Below, piece after piece: positions 48,632-59,094 of a stretch of DNA of 61,460 bases. Source of the DNA: a virus. Lineage: Duplodnaviria; Caudoviricetes. The DNA lies in IMG/VR virus record IMGVR_UViG_3300025674_000039, positions 1 through 61,460 of that record; one strand, 5' to 3'. The notes beneath the pieces were generated by a model. That model ran no database searches. It was given only the letters and a program-made list of their open reading frames with translations, and was not told the origin of the DNA. Made by a program: the position numbers and the translations under genes. Within the stretch, counting starts at the first letter, position 1; each line of letters starts with the position of its first letter.

Positions 48632-49336
48632 ATGAAGGCAAAAGATTTGTATAGGCAGAAATATAAGATCATTAAGTTCTTTAATGAGCAACAACTTGAT
48701 ATTCTCCGTAAAGATATTAAAACTCTTAGGTGGGAACCAGGTCTTGTATCTCTTAACTACGATAATAAAAAAATTGCTCTTAAAGTCAAGAGTAATTTTC
48801 AAGCAGATTATGATTCTGCTAAATTTTATAGTATGATTGATACATCTAGAGAGTTTCATGAGTTCGTTGAACCCAAAACTTCTACTAATGTCATGATTAG
48901 TAGGACACCTACTGGTGGTTATTATAAACCACATACGGACTGGGAAGGATTGGGTCATTATAGTACAACTATCTTTTTAAATGATCCTGATACTTATTCT
49001 GGTGGAGAGTTGTGCATACTTCCAAATCCGTATGAAGATGAACTTAAAATCAAACTTCCAGCAGGTTGGGGTGTAACATACGAAACAGGTATTCCTCATA
49101 GAGTTGCTACTGTAACTCATGGTGAGAGATTAGTTTCTATATATTGGACAGAATCCAATTTTGGTGACTTGAATGACTTAGATCGCTATAGATATCTTTG
49201 CGATATGTATGAATGGTGTGAAGAGCATTACGCGCATAAAGTTTTTGAGAACTGCCATGAGTTCAACAATGATGCACAGATGTACTTTCAAAGAAAGAGT
49301 AAAGAGTTATCCAAAAAATATATTTCTATGAAGTAA
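48632..49336 (+). CDS. 2OG-Fe(II) oxygenase (PKHD/PiuC-like)
   Basis: GGYYKPHTD, STTIFLNDPDTYSGGEL, PHRV..VT.GERLV. Confidence 0.9.
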   Translation: MKAKDLYRQKYKIIKFFNEQQLDILRKDIKTLRWEPGLVSLNYDNKKIALKVKSNFQADYDSAKFYSMIDTSREFHEFVEPKTSTNVMISRTPTGGYYKPHTDWEGLGHYSTTIFLNDPDTYSGGELCILPNPYEDELKIKLPAGWGVTYETGIPHRVATVTHGERLVSIYWTESNFGDLNDLDRYRYLCDMYEWCEEHYAHKVFENCHEFNNDAQMYFQRKSKELSKKYISMK

Positions 49337-49914
49337 TGTATATTGGTACTGTTTCTGAAGATCTTGCTGATAAGATCGATACATATGTCACTAAAAACAA
49401 TGATGACATACTTTGGGTGTATAGTGAAGAGACATCTGGTTACACACCAGGTGAATATGATGCTATTCCAATTCCTGGATCTGGTGAGACGTTTCAGTTT
49501 GAACATCGCATTTGTTCCGAGACCTACGGTGTAGTTGATCGGAAAGCATGGACTGAAATTATGGTTCCCATCATGATTGAGTATCAGAAATATGACTTCC
49601 CTCCCATGAATAATGTATTCCGATCAAAAATCAACATGCTCACTATTGATCCTAGGGAAGAGATTGTCTGTAATACACCTCATGTTGATGATGTTGATCC
49701 ACATTGGGTCATGATTTATTATATAAATGATAGTGATGGTCCTACAACATTTTTTGATCAATATTATGATGGTCAGAAAAAGGCACCAAAATTTAGTAGT
49801 TCTGTAACTCCAAAAAAGGGTAAATTTGTCGTATTTAATGGACTTCAATTTCATGCAAGTTCTGCTCCCCGACAAACTACGCAACGTTGCGTAATTAACA
49901 TTAATTTTAGGTAA
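49336..49914 (+). CDS. 2OG-Fe(II) oxygenase
   Basis: PHVD, IYYINDSDG, PKKG..VVF, HASS.P, RCVININF. Confidence 0.85.
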   Translation: MYIGTVSEDLADKIDTYVTKNNDDILWVYSEETSGYTPGEYDAIPIPGSGETFQFEHRICSETYGVVDRKAWTEIMVPIMIEYQKYDFPPMNNVFRSKINMLTIDPREEIVCNTPHVDDVDPHWVMIYYINDSDGPTTFFDQYYDGQKKAPKFSSSVTPKKGKFVVFNGLQFHASSAPRQTTQRCVININFR

Positions 49915-49922
49915 TTTGAATC

Positions 49923-50561
49923 ATGTATAGAAAAGATCTTAAATTGCATTTCCGTTCAGGTAATTATCTTGAAGACAGTAATGGCCGCTTTGGTCAATTT
50001 ATTGCCGATCACGAACTTGAATACACTGTTGACATGGATAATAATTCATGTGAAGATGTATTTCTCCATATTAAATCTTTCCTTAGGGGAATGGGTGCTC
50101 TTGACAATGAAATTGTTACAGGTGCATGTGGAATCGTATTTGCTGGTGGTTATGATGCCACTACAACTCAAATGATTAGAGAAATCGGTCAATTTACTCC
50201 TAATCATGAAGTAGAAGAAAGAATTGAATCAGAAGTAAATATTCAGATGGGAAGTTACATGCAGGTTGATCGTGTTCAGGATAAACAAAATTGGGAGAGT
50301 AGATATTGGGATCTTCAAAAAGAATATCAAGAGAAAATGCTTGAAATGAAAGCAAAGATCTCACGTCTTGAAAATCCTGATCAGGAAGAGTTGACTTTTG
50401 AAGAGAAAAATCATATTCAGTGGCACGCTCAGCAAAATGGTGGTTCTTTAGATGTTGTAAGTCCTGAAGAAGAAGTTCATGATGAAGTACATCATGTAGT
50501 AGATGATTCAAGCGATCCTAATCATAAATCTTTTGAACTTGATCATAAGCATAGTTATTGA
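49923..50561 (+). CDS. hypothetical protein
   Basis: 212-aa ORF with a coiled-coil segment. Confidence 0.7.
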   Translation: MYRKDLKLHFRSGNYLEDSNGRFGQFIADHELEYTVDMDNNSCEDVFLHIKSFLRGMGALDNEIVTGACGIVFAGGYDATTTQMIREIGQFTPNHEVEERIESEVNIQMGSYMQVDRVQDKQNWESRYWDLQKEYQEKMLEMKAKISRLENPDQEELTFEEKNHIQWHAQQNGGSLDVVSPEEEVHDEVHHVVDDSSDPNHKSFELDHKHSY

Positions 50562-50570
50562 TGAAGCATT

Positions 50571-51596
50571 ATGTTTTTTGCAAATCTTTTTAATTTTAGT
50601 GCTAATGATATTGAAAAAAATATCTTTGATTTAGGTCACAATTCCTTCTTTCTTTGCTTACTACCCTATGAGCAAAAAAAGGAGGTTTTGTCGTCCATAA
50701 ATCCTGAAGCACAATCTGCGTTAAAATATATTCTTAATATCAAAGAAAAATTTGTAGAAGATATTGATGATGCAAAATACGTAATACAGACACCTGAGAA
50801 AATCAATACTGACATTTATCTTTACGGTAAACATTATATGAGTTGGTGTCCTAATCATGGTGCTAAAGCGGTTTATTTCTATGGAGCAGCTGACACCAGA
50901 CCAATTTATCTACACAAAGATTGGGGATGTCAAGCAAAAGATTTCATTTTGTTTAGATATGGTGGAAGAAATACTGAGAAGTGGCACAATACATTTTCAA
51001 TTCCATACATTGTAAATGATAACTTTAATAATGTTTTTTTACCAAAAAAATTAAGTATTTCTTATTGCGGATATCCACATAATTGGATATTCAAAAAGAG
51101 AGTAGTTGATACTATACATCAATATGAATATTCAGATTTCATCATTAGGGATCGTTGGGGTGGGAATTGTGTTGATGATGGTAAAAATTATGACTCGTAT
51201 AACTTTGGACCATCTAAAGATATGAGAGATGAATTTTTTGATAATATGGAGAGAAATTTATATGCCTTGATTGTAAGAGGAATGAATAATGCTTCGATAA
51301 GATTGTTCGAAGCATTTATGATGGGAAGAATACCTGTAATCATCAATAGTGATATGATTCTACCATTTGAAGATCAGATTGATTATAGAAAAAACACAGT
51401 GTTCATAACTGACTTTCATGATATTGATTCTCAAATAAGAGAATATCATGATTCACATACTGAAGAGGAATTGATTGAAATACAGAAACAGAACAGACAG
51501 ATTTGGTTGGATTATTTCAGAGTTGATGGATTCTTTTATAAAATGAAACAGTTCCTTGAGAATTATAAATACGAAAAAGAACTCATATTGAAGTAA
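50571..51596 (+). CDS. exostosin-like (GT47) glycosyltransferase
   Basis: YALIVRGMNNASIRLFEAFMMGRIPVII...LPFEDQIDY. Confidence 0.85.
   Translation: MFFANLFNFSANDIEKNIFDLGHNSFFLCLLPYEQKKEVLSSINPEAQSALKYILNIKEKFVEDIDDAKYVIQTPEKINTDIYLYGKHYMSWCPNHGAKAVYFYGAADTRPIYLHKDWGCQAKDFILFRYGGRNTEKWHNTFSIPYIVNDNFNNVFLPKKLSISYCGYPHNWIFKKRVVDTIHQYEYSDFIIRDRWGGNCVDDGKNYDSYNFGPSKDMRDEFFDNMERNLYALIVRGMNNASIRLFEAFMMGRIPVIINSDMILPFEDQIDYRKNTVFITDFHDIDSQIREYHDSHTEEELIEIQKQNRQIWLDYFRVDGFFYKMKQFLENYKYEKELILK
51564..51571 (+). promoter_or_regulatory. late promoter
   Basis: TATAAATA 25 nt upstream of the ATG at 51597. Confidence 0.75.
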
Positions 51597-52373
51597 ATGG
51601 CATACGAAATATCTGGAACTACAGTTATTGCCAATGATAGAACAGTAACAGCTACAGAATTTGTAGGACTTGGTGCTCTACCTTTCGGTAGTATTATTAT
51701 TTGGTATGGTGCAACAAATACTGTTCCTAGTGGATGGAGTTTATGTAATGGAAGTAATGGAACTCCAGATTTAAGAAACAAATTCGTTGTTGGTGCTGCT
51801 AATAATCCAGGAACTTATTATGAAGTTGGTGACACTGGTGGTGCCGACGAAGTATCACTGACTGCAAACCAAGGACCATCACATACGCATACCGGAAACT
51901 CTGGAAACAATAGTGTCAACCATACTCATGGTGGTAATACCGGAAACCAGAGTGCAAACCATTCACATAGTGGTAACACTGGAAGCCAGAATAGAAACCA
52001 TACTCATAATGGTACTACTGGTGATGACTCTCCAGACCATGCTCATAATGTAAGTAATTTTCCTAATCAAAATATTGAACGCGGAAATAGAAGTAGTCAA
52101 TCTGCAAGAGATGAAAATAGAGGTACTAGGGCTACATCAGGAGCGACGGCAAGACATCAACATGCATTTACAACCAGTGGAGTTAGTGTAAACCACGAGC
52201 ATACTTTCAATACTGGAAACAATAGTGCAAACCATAGTCACTCATTCAATACTGGAAACCAGAGTGCAAATCATAGTCACACTATTTCTCTTGATGCTGG
52301 TGGTGGAAGTGGTGCTGCACACGAAAACAGACCTCCATATCATGCACTTTGCTTTATCATGAGAACTGGCTGA
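51597..52373 (+). CDS. short tail-collar fibre protein with His-rich needle
   Basis: PFGSIIIW...PSGWSLCNGSNGTPDLRNKFVVG; many HxH motifs; HENRPPY..L.FIMR. Confidence 0.9.
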   Translation: MAYEISGTTVIANDRTVTATEFVGLGALPFGSIIIWYGATNTVPSGWSLCNGSNGTPDLRNKFVVGAANNPGTYYEVGDTGGADEVSLTANQGPSHTHTGNSGNNSVNHTHGGNTGNQSANHSHSGNTGSQNRNHTHNGTTGDDSPDHAHNVSNFPNQNIERGNRSSQSARDENRGTRATSGATARHQHAFTTSGVSVNHEHTFNTGNNSANHSHSFNTGNQSANHSHTISLDAGGGSGAAHENRPPYHALCFIMRTG

Positions 52374-53581
52374 TGTCTCCTAGGAAAAATGAGTTTCCCT
52401 ATGAATCTATGCCTTGGAAACTCATTCATAAAGTAAAGAAGGGCGAAGATAAGAAAGCATGTCACTTTCAGTGTGAGGAACATATGCTGAAGTACATTAA
52501 ACGTGGTGGATACCGTAAGAATCAATATACAATTAAGCATAGAGATGGATAAAGATTCTAAAATCATGACAATATCAGCATTATGCTTGTTTTTTGTTGG
52601 AACTCTTGGTATAATTGCTCTTGGATACCTTCACGGAGGTATGCACATAGAAGCAGTATGGAGAAATTTACACACATGACTACTCGACAGTTTGTTAGCA
52701 GCAAAGGTGATACATGGGAGTGGGAAGAAACTCCTGAATTTGTAGAAGCACTCCAAAATTACTACAAAACAGTTCGTAGTAATGATAATGCTGTTCCAGT
52801 ACCTATCCCTCCGAATAAGAAAGCGGATGCTTAAATTCTTTTCCTGGTTCTTTAGATCTGATGAACCTTATAATTATAATTCAGTGATGGATTATGTTGA
52901 AAAACTAGAAGATAGGGTTTCTGTGTTAGAAGAAGAAAACATTTCTACCACAAATGCACTATATGAAATTGCAAACTCACTAGAAAGTCGTATAGATATT
53001 CTAGTTAAGGAGTTAAAAGATGTATGAATCATTGAACTGTTTTGAAGAAGCATTAAAACACTTTGGAACTAGAGTTGAAGTCATCACTGCTATGGAAGTG
53101 GCGAACAAAATTAGTTCTGAAGATGCTTATCAACAAATTAAAGCAGAAATGAAAGAACTCAAAACATGTCGTAAACATTACATAAAAAATGAAAAATGCT
53201 GAAGAAGATTCCCTAGAGATATTCCAAAACGAGGATGGATCATTCTTAATGGAATGGGATAAAGAAGATCCAAAGTGGTCATTTTTGAACGAGTTGACAC
53301 CAGAAGAGATTCAGAGTATTATTGAACGAGGATTAAAAGAATACAACTAGATGGCACTATCCAAAACTGTAGAAGATTCTTTGAACGAGGCAAAGTTAAA
53401 CCTTCGTAATGCACTAGCATTTGCTGCTAGAAGTGAGCGTCCAATGGTCTGTAGTGTTATTGCAGATCTCATTTCCAAAATCGATGGTGTCAAGAGCACC
53501 GACAGTATTCTGGATAAACTTGATGACCGAAAACTAGGGGATAGTGGGTTTTTTGGGTCAATTTTCGATCCAGATGAATAA
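52373..53581 (+). other. cluster of small hypothetical ORFs
   Basis: 52373-52552, 52545-52679, 52676-52834, 52827-53027, 53020-53202, 53189-53350, 53351-53581; most overlap at start and stop. Confidence 0.7.
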
Positions 53582-53607
53582 ATACATCTAGCATCCCATA
53601 CAAATCC

Positions 53608-53835
53608 ATGGAAAACATCGAAGCACACATTGAGGCGGATAAAAAGATCCTTGAAAATCCAACAACCAATCCTCAACAACGTCGTCATATCGAAGCAGAA
53701 CTTCACGATCTCGAAGATTGGGTAATAAACCACAAAGAGGAAATTGAAGCAGGTGATCACCATGATCCATCTTCTCTTGAACTTTACTGTGATCAACAAC
53801 CTGGCGCACCGGAGTGCAAAATTCACGATAACTGA
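53608..53835 (+). CDS. cp12: CP12 Calvin-cycle inhibitor
   Basis: C-terminal LELYCDQQPGAPECKIHD; AATAAATA late-type promoter at 53577. Confidence 0.92.
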   Translation: MENIEAHIEADKKILENPTTNPQQRRHIEAELHDLEDWVINHKEEIEAGDHHDPSSLELYCDQQPGAPECKIHDN

Positions 53836-53913
53836 GACAGTTTGGCAAGTGGCACACCGGGAGGCACATGCCTCCTTTTTTATTGCCATGATGTGGTCAG
53901 TCGCATCCACACC

Positions 53914-54186
53914 ATGTTTCACCATTCACTGACTGTCAAGGAGTGCAAGGACTACCTGATCGACAAGAAGGGTTGGACATTCGTTAAGAAGTGTCCAAAT
54001 CTGCATTATTACTATTGGAAGACCAATGGTAATGATAACTGGTCTCATAGTAAAATCTGGACTATGAAAGAAATGCGTCATAGTGTTGAGCGTATGAGGA
54101 TGCAAGATTGGTTGGATGCTGAGTATGAAAAATATCGTCAAGGTATTCAACTTTCACTGTTTTCTGATTGGGAGTATGTAAGTTGA
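53914..54186 (+). CDS. hypothetical protein
   Basis: Follows the palindrome and -10 at 53834-53892. Confidence 0.65.
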   Translation: MFHHSLTVKECKDYLIDKKGWTFVKKCPNLHYYYWKTNGNDNWSHSKIWTMKEMRHSVERMRMQDWLDAEYEKYRQGIQLSLFSDWEYVS

Positions 54187-54255
54187 GGAACTGTCACAGG
54201 GGGTCGCAAGACCCCTTTCTCATGCCCTATACTAACTTCAGTTCAAACAAAGGCA

Positions 54256-54543
54256 ATGCTCACCGTCAACCTGACCGAACAACAACTCTCACTGCTGGAA
54301 GATCTTGTGGGTGAGAAGTTTAATGAAGTCGCACAGGCATGGTTGCCTGCTGAGGAAACAAAGGACATGAACAAACTTTGTTACAATACTCTCCTGAACC
54401 TTCGTTGTGTTCGTCTGGCAAAAGAGTATGATGAAACTTATGCCAACTGGGACAAAAATTTCTATTCTTTTGATAAGAAAGAATACTTGAAGGATGTGGG
54501 TCTTATGACAGATGAGGAACTGGTGCAGCAGGGGGTCTGCTGA
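54256..54543 (+). CDS. hypothetical protein
   Basis: Follows the palindrome and -10 at 54176-54233. Confidence 0.75.
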   Translation: MLTVNLTEQQLSLLEDLVGEKFNEVAQAWLPAEETKDMNKLCYNTLLNLRCVRLAKEYDETYANWDKNFYSFDKKEYLKDVGLMTDEELVQQGVC

Positions 54544-54589
54544 CCCATTTCTACCCTATACTGATTACATCAACACAGGAGCACCACTC

Positions 54590-55051
54590 ATGGGCACTCG
54601 TTCTCGCATCGGCATTGAACTTCCTGATCACAGTGTCGTCAGTGTCTACTGCCACTGGGATGGTTATGTAGAGCACAACGGACGCATCCTGGTCGAGCAC
54701 TACCAAGACCGTGAAGCAGTCAAAGAACTGATTGATGGTGGTAGCATGTCATGTCTTCGCACGACCCAGACATGGGAGAGTAGAATCCTGAAGGATGATG
54801 ACAATAACTATATTCTTGACGAAAACGGTCAGATTCAGTACACTCACACCCGTGAACCACAACCTCAGTATCACTCAGAACGTGGTGAAGAAATCAGTGT
54901 AGAGCACACCAGTTTTGATGATTTCTGTAGTGATATATGCGGTGAAGAGTATGCTTATATGTATGATCTGAATGGTAACTGGAAAGCATTTAAGATTGGT
55001 TGGGGTAAAGAACCCACCGAGCGTGTGGATATTCCAGGATATGTGCTATAA
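54590..55051 (+). CDS. conserved phage early protein
   Basis: MGTRSRIGI...SVYCHWDGY...EEYAY; AGGAG SD. Confidence 0.85.
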   Translation: MGTRSRIGIELPDHSVVSVYCHWDGYVEHNGRILVEHYQDREAVKELIDGGSMSCLRTTQTWESRILKDDDNNYILDENGQIQYTHTREPQPQYHSERGEEISVEHTSFDDFCSDICGEEYAYMYDLNGNWKAFKIGWGKEPTERVDIPGYVL

Positions 55052-55073
55052 TAGATAAACTTGAGGATAAAAT

Positions 55074-55295
55074 ATGAAACTTGATGAATTTGGTCGAATG
55101 ACTGGTTCATTTCTTGTTATTGGTGCCTATTTTGTTATTCTTCATGTGAATATACGTTTCGGTGCCGCCATGCACATTGTAGGTGATTTGGTTTCTATTC
55201 CTTTCTTTGTAAGAACAAAGTCCTGGGATATTGTAATCATGTTAATATTTTTACTATCAATTTCCTTGTCCAAACTCCTAGCAGTAGACCTATGA
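55074..55295 (+). CDS. small multi-pass membrane protein
   Basis: Hydrophobic 73-aa ORF; GAGG SD. Confidence 0.7.
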   Translation: MKLDEFGRMTGSFLVIGAYFVILHVNIRFGAAMHIVGDLVSIPFFVRTKSWDIVIMLIFLLSISLSKLLAVDL

Positions 55296-55474
55296 TTGAC
55301 AGAAGTTTTCTTGATGACATGACACATGAGAACAAAGAAGTTCTAGCAGAAGATTGTGAAGATTTTCTGCTTCATCGTCACATTCCTCTCTATTCACATT
55401 CGTATGATGAGATCATCATGCAGGCAATAAAAGAAGGTTATCAATTACATAAGTGCGATAGACATGTTCGATAA
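55292..55474 (+). CDS. hypothetical protein
   Basis: 60-aa ORF with ATGA overlap. Confidence 0.65.
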   Translation: MIDRSFLDDMTHENKEVLAEDCEDFLLHRHIPLYSHSYDEIIMQAIKEGYQLHKCDRHVR

Positions 55475-56078
55475 GTTTATTTGGCAAAAACGTAATGCAC
55501 TTTCTCCTAATTTTTGCAATGCTTTGATTGCAAAGTTTGAGGCAGATGATAATAAGGAGCAAGGCATTACTGGTGCAGGATTAAATACTAAGTTTAAGAT
55601 ATCAACAGATTTGAATCTATCTCTTTGGGATGAATACCAATATGAAGATGAGGTATTGTTTGAATCCATAAAAAAAGGAATCAATGAATACTGTTCATAT
55701 CACAGAACTCTTCATCCTGCTTTGGATATGCAAAATAATCCAAATGTTGAGCTTGAAGATAGTGGATACCAACTGCAACGTACCAGAGTTGGTGAATACT
55801 ACAAATGGCACAATGATTTTGGTATTTACAAAAATGGTGTGCGTCTAGCGACATACATTTGGTATTTGAATGATGTTCATAAAGGTGGAGAAACTGAATT
55901 TATTGATGGGACTTTGATTAAACCAGAGCAGGGTAAGTTGATGATCTTCCCTGCCTACTGGAACTATCATCACCAGGGAAGACCACCGATCAGTAATACG
56001 AAATATATTGTAACAGGTTGGATGGTAGTCGATCCTGTGCTGGAATTGAAGAAATATAAAAACGGGACACTTGAATAA
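55464..56078 (+). CDS. 2OG-Fe(II) oxygenase (prolyl-4-hydroxylase-like)
   Basis: YKWHND, YIWYLNDV..GGETEF, KPEQGKLMIFP, HQGRPP...KY. Confidence 0.92.
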   Translation: MFDKFIWQKRNALSPNFCNALIAKFEADDNKEQGITGAGLNTKFKISTDLNLSLWDEYQYEDEVLFESIKKGINEYCSYHRTLHPALDMQNNPNVELEDSGYQLQRTRVGEYYKWHNDFGIYKNGVRLATYIWYLNDVHKGGETEFIDGTLIKPEQGKLMIFPAYWNYHHQGRPPISNTKYIVTGWMVVDPVLELKKYKNGTLE

Positions 56079-56148
56079 CTGTCACAAGGCACACCTATTC
56101 CTGCTCTCTGTGCCTCTATAATAAGCATGTAGACAACGCACAGCACTC

Positions 56149-56523
56149 ATGCCTACCTTTGCTGCTTACGTCGAACAGGAGGGCGCAAGAAACGCTCTCA
56201 AGGTCAAGATCAAAGAGCATACCAAGGATCTTACCTGCCGTCTTCTGTCAAGTTTGCCTGTCAAATCACAAGATAGGTACAGGTTCTATATCAAAGAGGG
56301 ACGTAAGTACCTCAAAGTGATGATGAGCACATCATGTAACCTTGACAACACAGTTTGGCAAGAATCTGTTCACTGTTTTGTTGATAAGAAGACAGGTGAA
56401 GTGTATAAGGCAGCATCACTCAATGCTCCTGCCAAGGGTGTGCGCTTTGATCTGCGCCTGATCAAAGATCGTGAGTGGTTGATGGAGAACGCGACATGGC
56501 ATGGCGGGTATCTTTACAAGTGA
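56149..56523 (+). CDS. conserved phage early protein
   Basis: GRKYLKV...SVHCFVDKKTGEVYKAAS..APAKGVR. Confidence 0.85.
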   Translation: MPTFAAYVEQEGARNALKVKIKEHTKDLTCRLLSSLPVKSQDRYRFYIKEGRKYLKVMMSTSCNLDNTVWQESVHCFVDKKTGEVYKAASLNAPAKGVRFDLRLIKDREWLMENATWHGGYLYK

Positions 56524-56880
56524 TGATACCATTTAATGAAGAACAATACCGCCTCATTATGGAGGCGGTCGAAGACTATGGTATGCTAGTTGATGAAGAA
56601 ATCTCCTTCAAATGTGAGGAGATCAATGCAATCATTCAAGCACATCTTAATGAAATTCGAGCACAACCTGGTGAATTACACTAAACAACAACTTGTAGAC
56701 GCACTTGTGGCAGAGTGGGAGTATCTCTGCCACGATGATTTCGATCCTGATGTTGATCTTACAACAGAAGAGTATCGGGAAATGTTGGAAGAAATGACTT
56801 TTGATGAGTTAGTAGAAGAAACTAGCACTGGTGAAGGATACACTTTTGATGACTTTATGGAGAATTGGAATGTCATCTAA
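56523..56880 (+). other. two small acidic hypothetical ORFs
   Basis: 56523-56684 and 56650-56880. Confidence 0.65.
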
Positions 56881-56931
56881 AGAAAAACTCCTCTTTGTTT
56901 CATCGTTCATTTGGTTTTTGCATTGGGGTCA

Positions 56932-57408
56932 ATGTCTTACATCACTCATTCTGGACATGGTTATTCTAAGATCCTCTGTGAGGATATTACCTCTTGGTTT
57001 ATAAATGAGTATTTCCCACGCCATAAGATCCACCTTGAAGTGATTCATCGTGGTATGAAGCGTGAGAATGTTGTTGGACTGTGTGATGTTGAGGGTGATG
57101 TTTATCGCCCTCGACATTTTTGCATTGAATTGCAGTCCAAAATGAAGAGAGAAGAGTACATTTTGACTCTCATGCACGAATTGCATCACATGGCACAGTG
57201 GATCCGTGGTGAACTGACCTTTGCACAGGGAAAACTGTGCCATAAACGCACTCCAGTGGACAACTGGGAGTACCTGGAGCAACCACATGAGATCGAAGCA
57301 CGGGAGATGGAGCAGTATCTGTACGATCAGTACCTCCAGTGGCACGGCAGTGTGCCAGTTTGCCAAGTGTCCCAACTGTTCCCCAACCGCCTGTGTGCTG
57401 CGGCATAA
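56932..57408 (+). CDS. zincin metallopeptidase-like protein
   Basis: TLMHELHHMAQ (HExxH) and EQPHEIEA. Confidence 0.8.
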   Translation: MSYITHSGHGYSKILCEDITSWFINEYFPRHKIHLEVIHRGMKRENVVGLCDVEGDVYRPRHFCIELQSKMKREEYILTLMHELHHMAQWIRGELTFAQGKLCHKRTPVDNWEYLEQPHEIEAREMEQYLYDQYLQWHGSVPVCQVSQLFPNRLCAAA

Positions 57409-59094
57409 TATGTTCATGTCAAGGGAACCACACCCATGAACTACACACTCAAACAACTTCAAGAGCGAGTCAAGAACCTGATCGAAGTTCAGGGAGAAGA
57501 TGCATACTGTGCCGCATGGATTTACACTGCTGAAGATTGTATGATTCGTGATGGAGATGGCGAACCAAATTATCTTCCTACAAAAGTAGATCCTGAACTA
57601 GCAGAAAGAATCTTCAATGATGTTGGCAACATCGATTACATCTACACGGTGATCCAGGAGTGTGTGGATGAAGTGACTGAGGAGCAGTGGATGCTCTACC
57701 AGCAGGAACTGGTGAGTGATCTGGAAGCAACCGCATCTGACTACGGAGTGGGCAAATGAAATTCAAGGTAACATCAGTCCAGGTGGATTTTGAAGATGAT
57801 GACTTTGAACTTCCACCAATGGATCAACTGGAGATCATCCAGAACATCATGGCAGAACCCTGGTTTGTTGATGATGAGGATGATCTGGTTGATCACATCA
57901 GTGATGTCACCGGATGGCGCATCAAATCAATCAACTACCACAGGTGGAATTAGATGAATAATGAACTAATGAAACGCCTGGAGGACATTTCTGAGGAACT
58001 GGGAGGCGTCATTCGTTTCCAGAACCTGTATAATGCTTCTGGGAAGCGCATGAAGCGCATTACCATCACCTATTACGAGGATCAAAAGACCAATGACTGA
58101 CATTGAACTACGCTCCAGGTGTGAACAACTCCAAGAAGACATTGATGCTATTGTTGAGGAACATTCTTATTACTCTAATATGAGTGCCGATAAAACAGAG
58201 GATCTAATCCGTGTCCTATGTGATGCTGTCTGCAAAAACTTTCCCCTTCAAGAATCATGATTGCCGTCCTTTCCATTTCCTTGATCATCAATGCTGTTCT
58301 GTTGCACAATCAGATCAAACAGAACAACAAATTGAACAAAAAGTTGGTCGAACAGATCGATCTTACTCTTGATGCACTGAATCAGAGTAAGAAAAATCTT
58401 GCGGACAACATTGAGTTGTTGAAAATCATTGATAATTCTTCTACCAAGGAAGAAATGATCCAAAAGTACGTCCTTAACCAATCACTGAAAAATGAGTAAG
58501 ATCAATGTTAATTTAGATCTGGATTTGAAAGATCTGACACAGGAGATTGTCTTCAACTGTTCCGAATCGGACATTATTGAGTTCATATCAGAATTGAGTG
58601 AACTTGCCAATAACATTGATCCTGACTTTACGACCGAATTGGTTGAAAGGTTGGGTGATTTGTAATATAATTAGTGATGTAGTATACAGATAATTCCGAT
58701 GAAAGATGAAATTCTGCTCAATTTGAATGTGCATGAGATGGGGATTCTACTGATGGCAATGCAAATCGTAGAGTTTTCGGATGAAGTGCAAATGGAGAAA
58801 GAATGTGGTAGTATGAGGACGTTATACGACCGTCTTTATGCGGAATATATGAAAATGGATCGTACAAATGTAGTGCAAGAGTGTGAACCTTATGTCGAAC
58901 CATCCTTCTGAACTTGAACTGACTGCCCAAGAGATTGCCGAATTTATGACTGCCTTTCGTGACTTCATGGTTCATGCCGATGAAGAGATCGATGCGTATG
59001 AGAAGCGTGAAGAGGCACGGAAGTATATTGAGCAGGAGATCGAACAAAAAGCATCAGAAATGGAAGTGACTGTTGATTATTACATGCAAGAGTT

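Larger units (their letters stand above)
46072..48635 (+). other. cluster of small hypothetical ORFs
   Basis: Tightly packed ORFs: 46072-46212, 46212-46439, 46436-46621, 46621-46854, 46873-47187, 47213-47362, 47359-47625, 47866-48066, 48063-48275, 48250-48390, 48438-48635. Confidence 0.7.

Noticed and set aside
33975-52373. Diversity-generating retroelement or invertible tip cassette explaining the shared fibre tips
   Set aside because: No reverse transcriptase or recombinase in the window; differences between copies are not adenine-specific; all copies are intact genes on the same strand
53347-53925. 192-aa minus-strand ORF
   Set aside because: Antisense to cp12 and a neighbouring gene; no recognisable features
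56929-57462. 177-aa minus-strand ORF
   Set aside because: Antisense shadow of the HExxH protein gene
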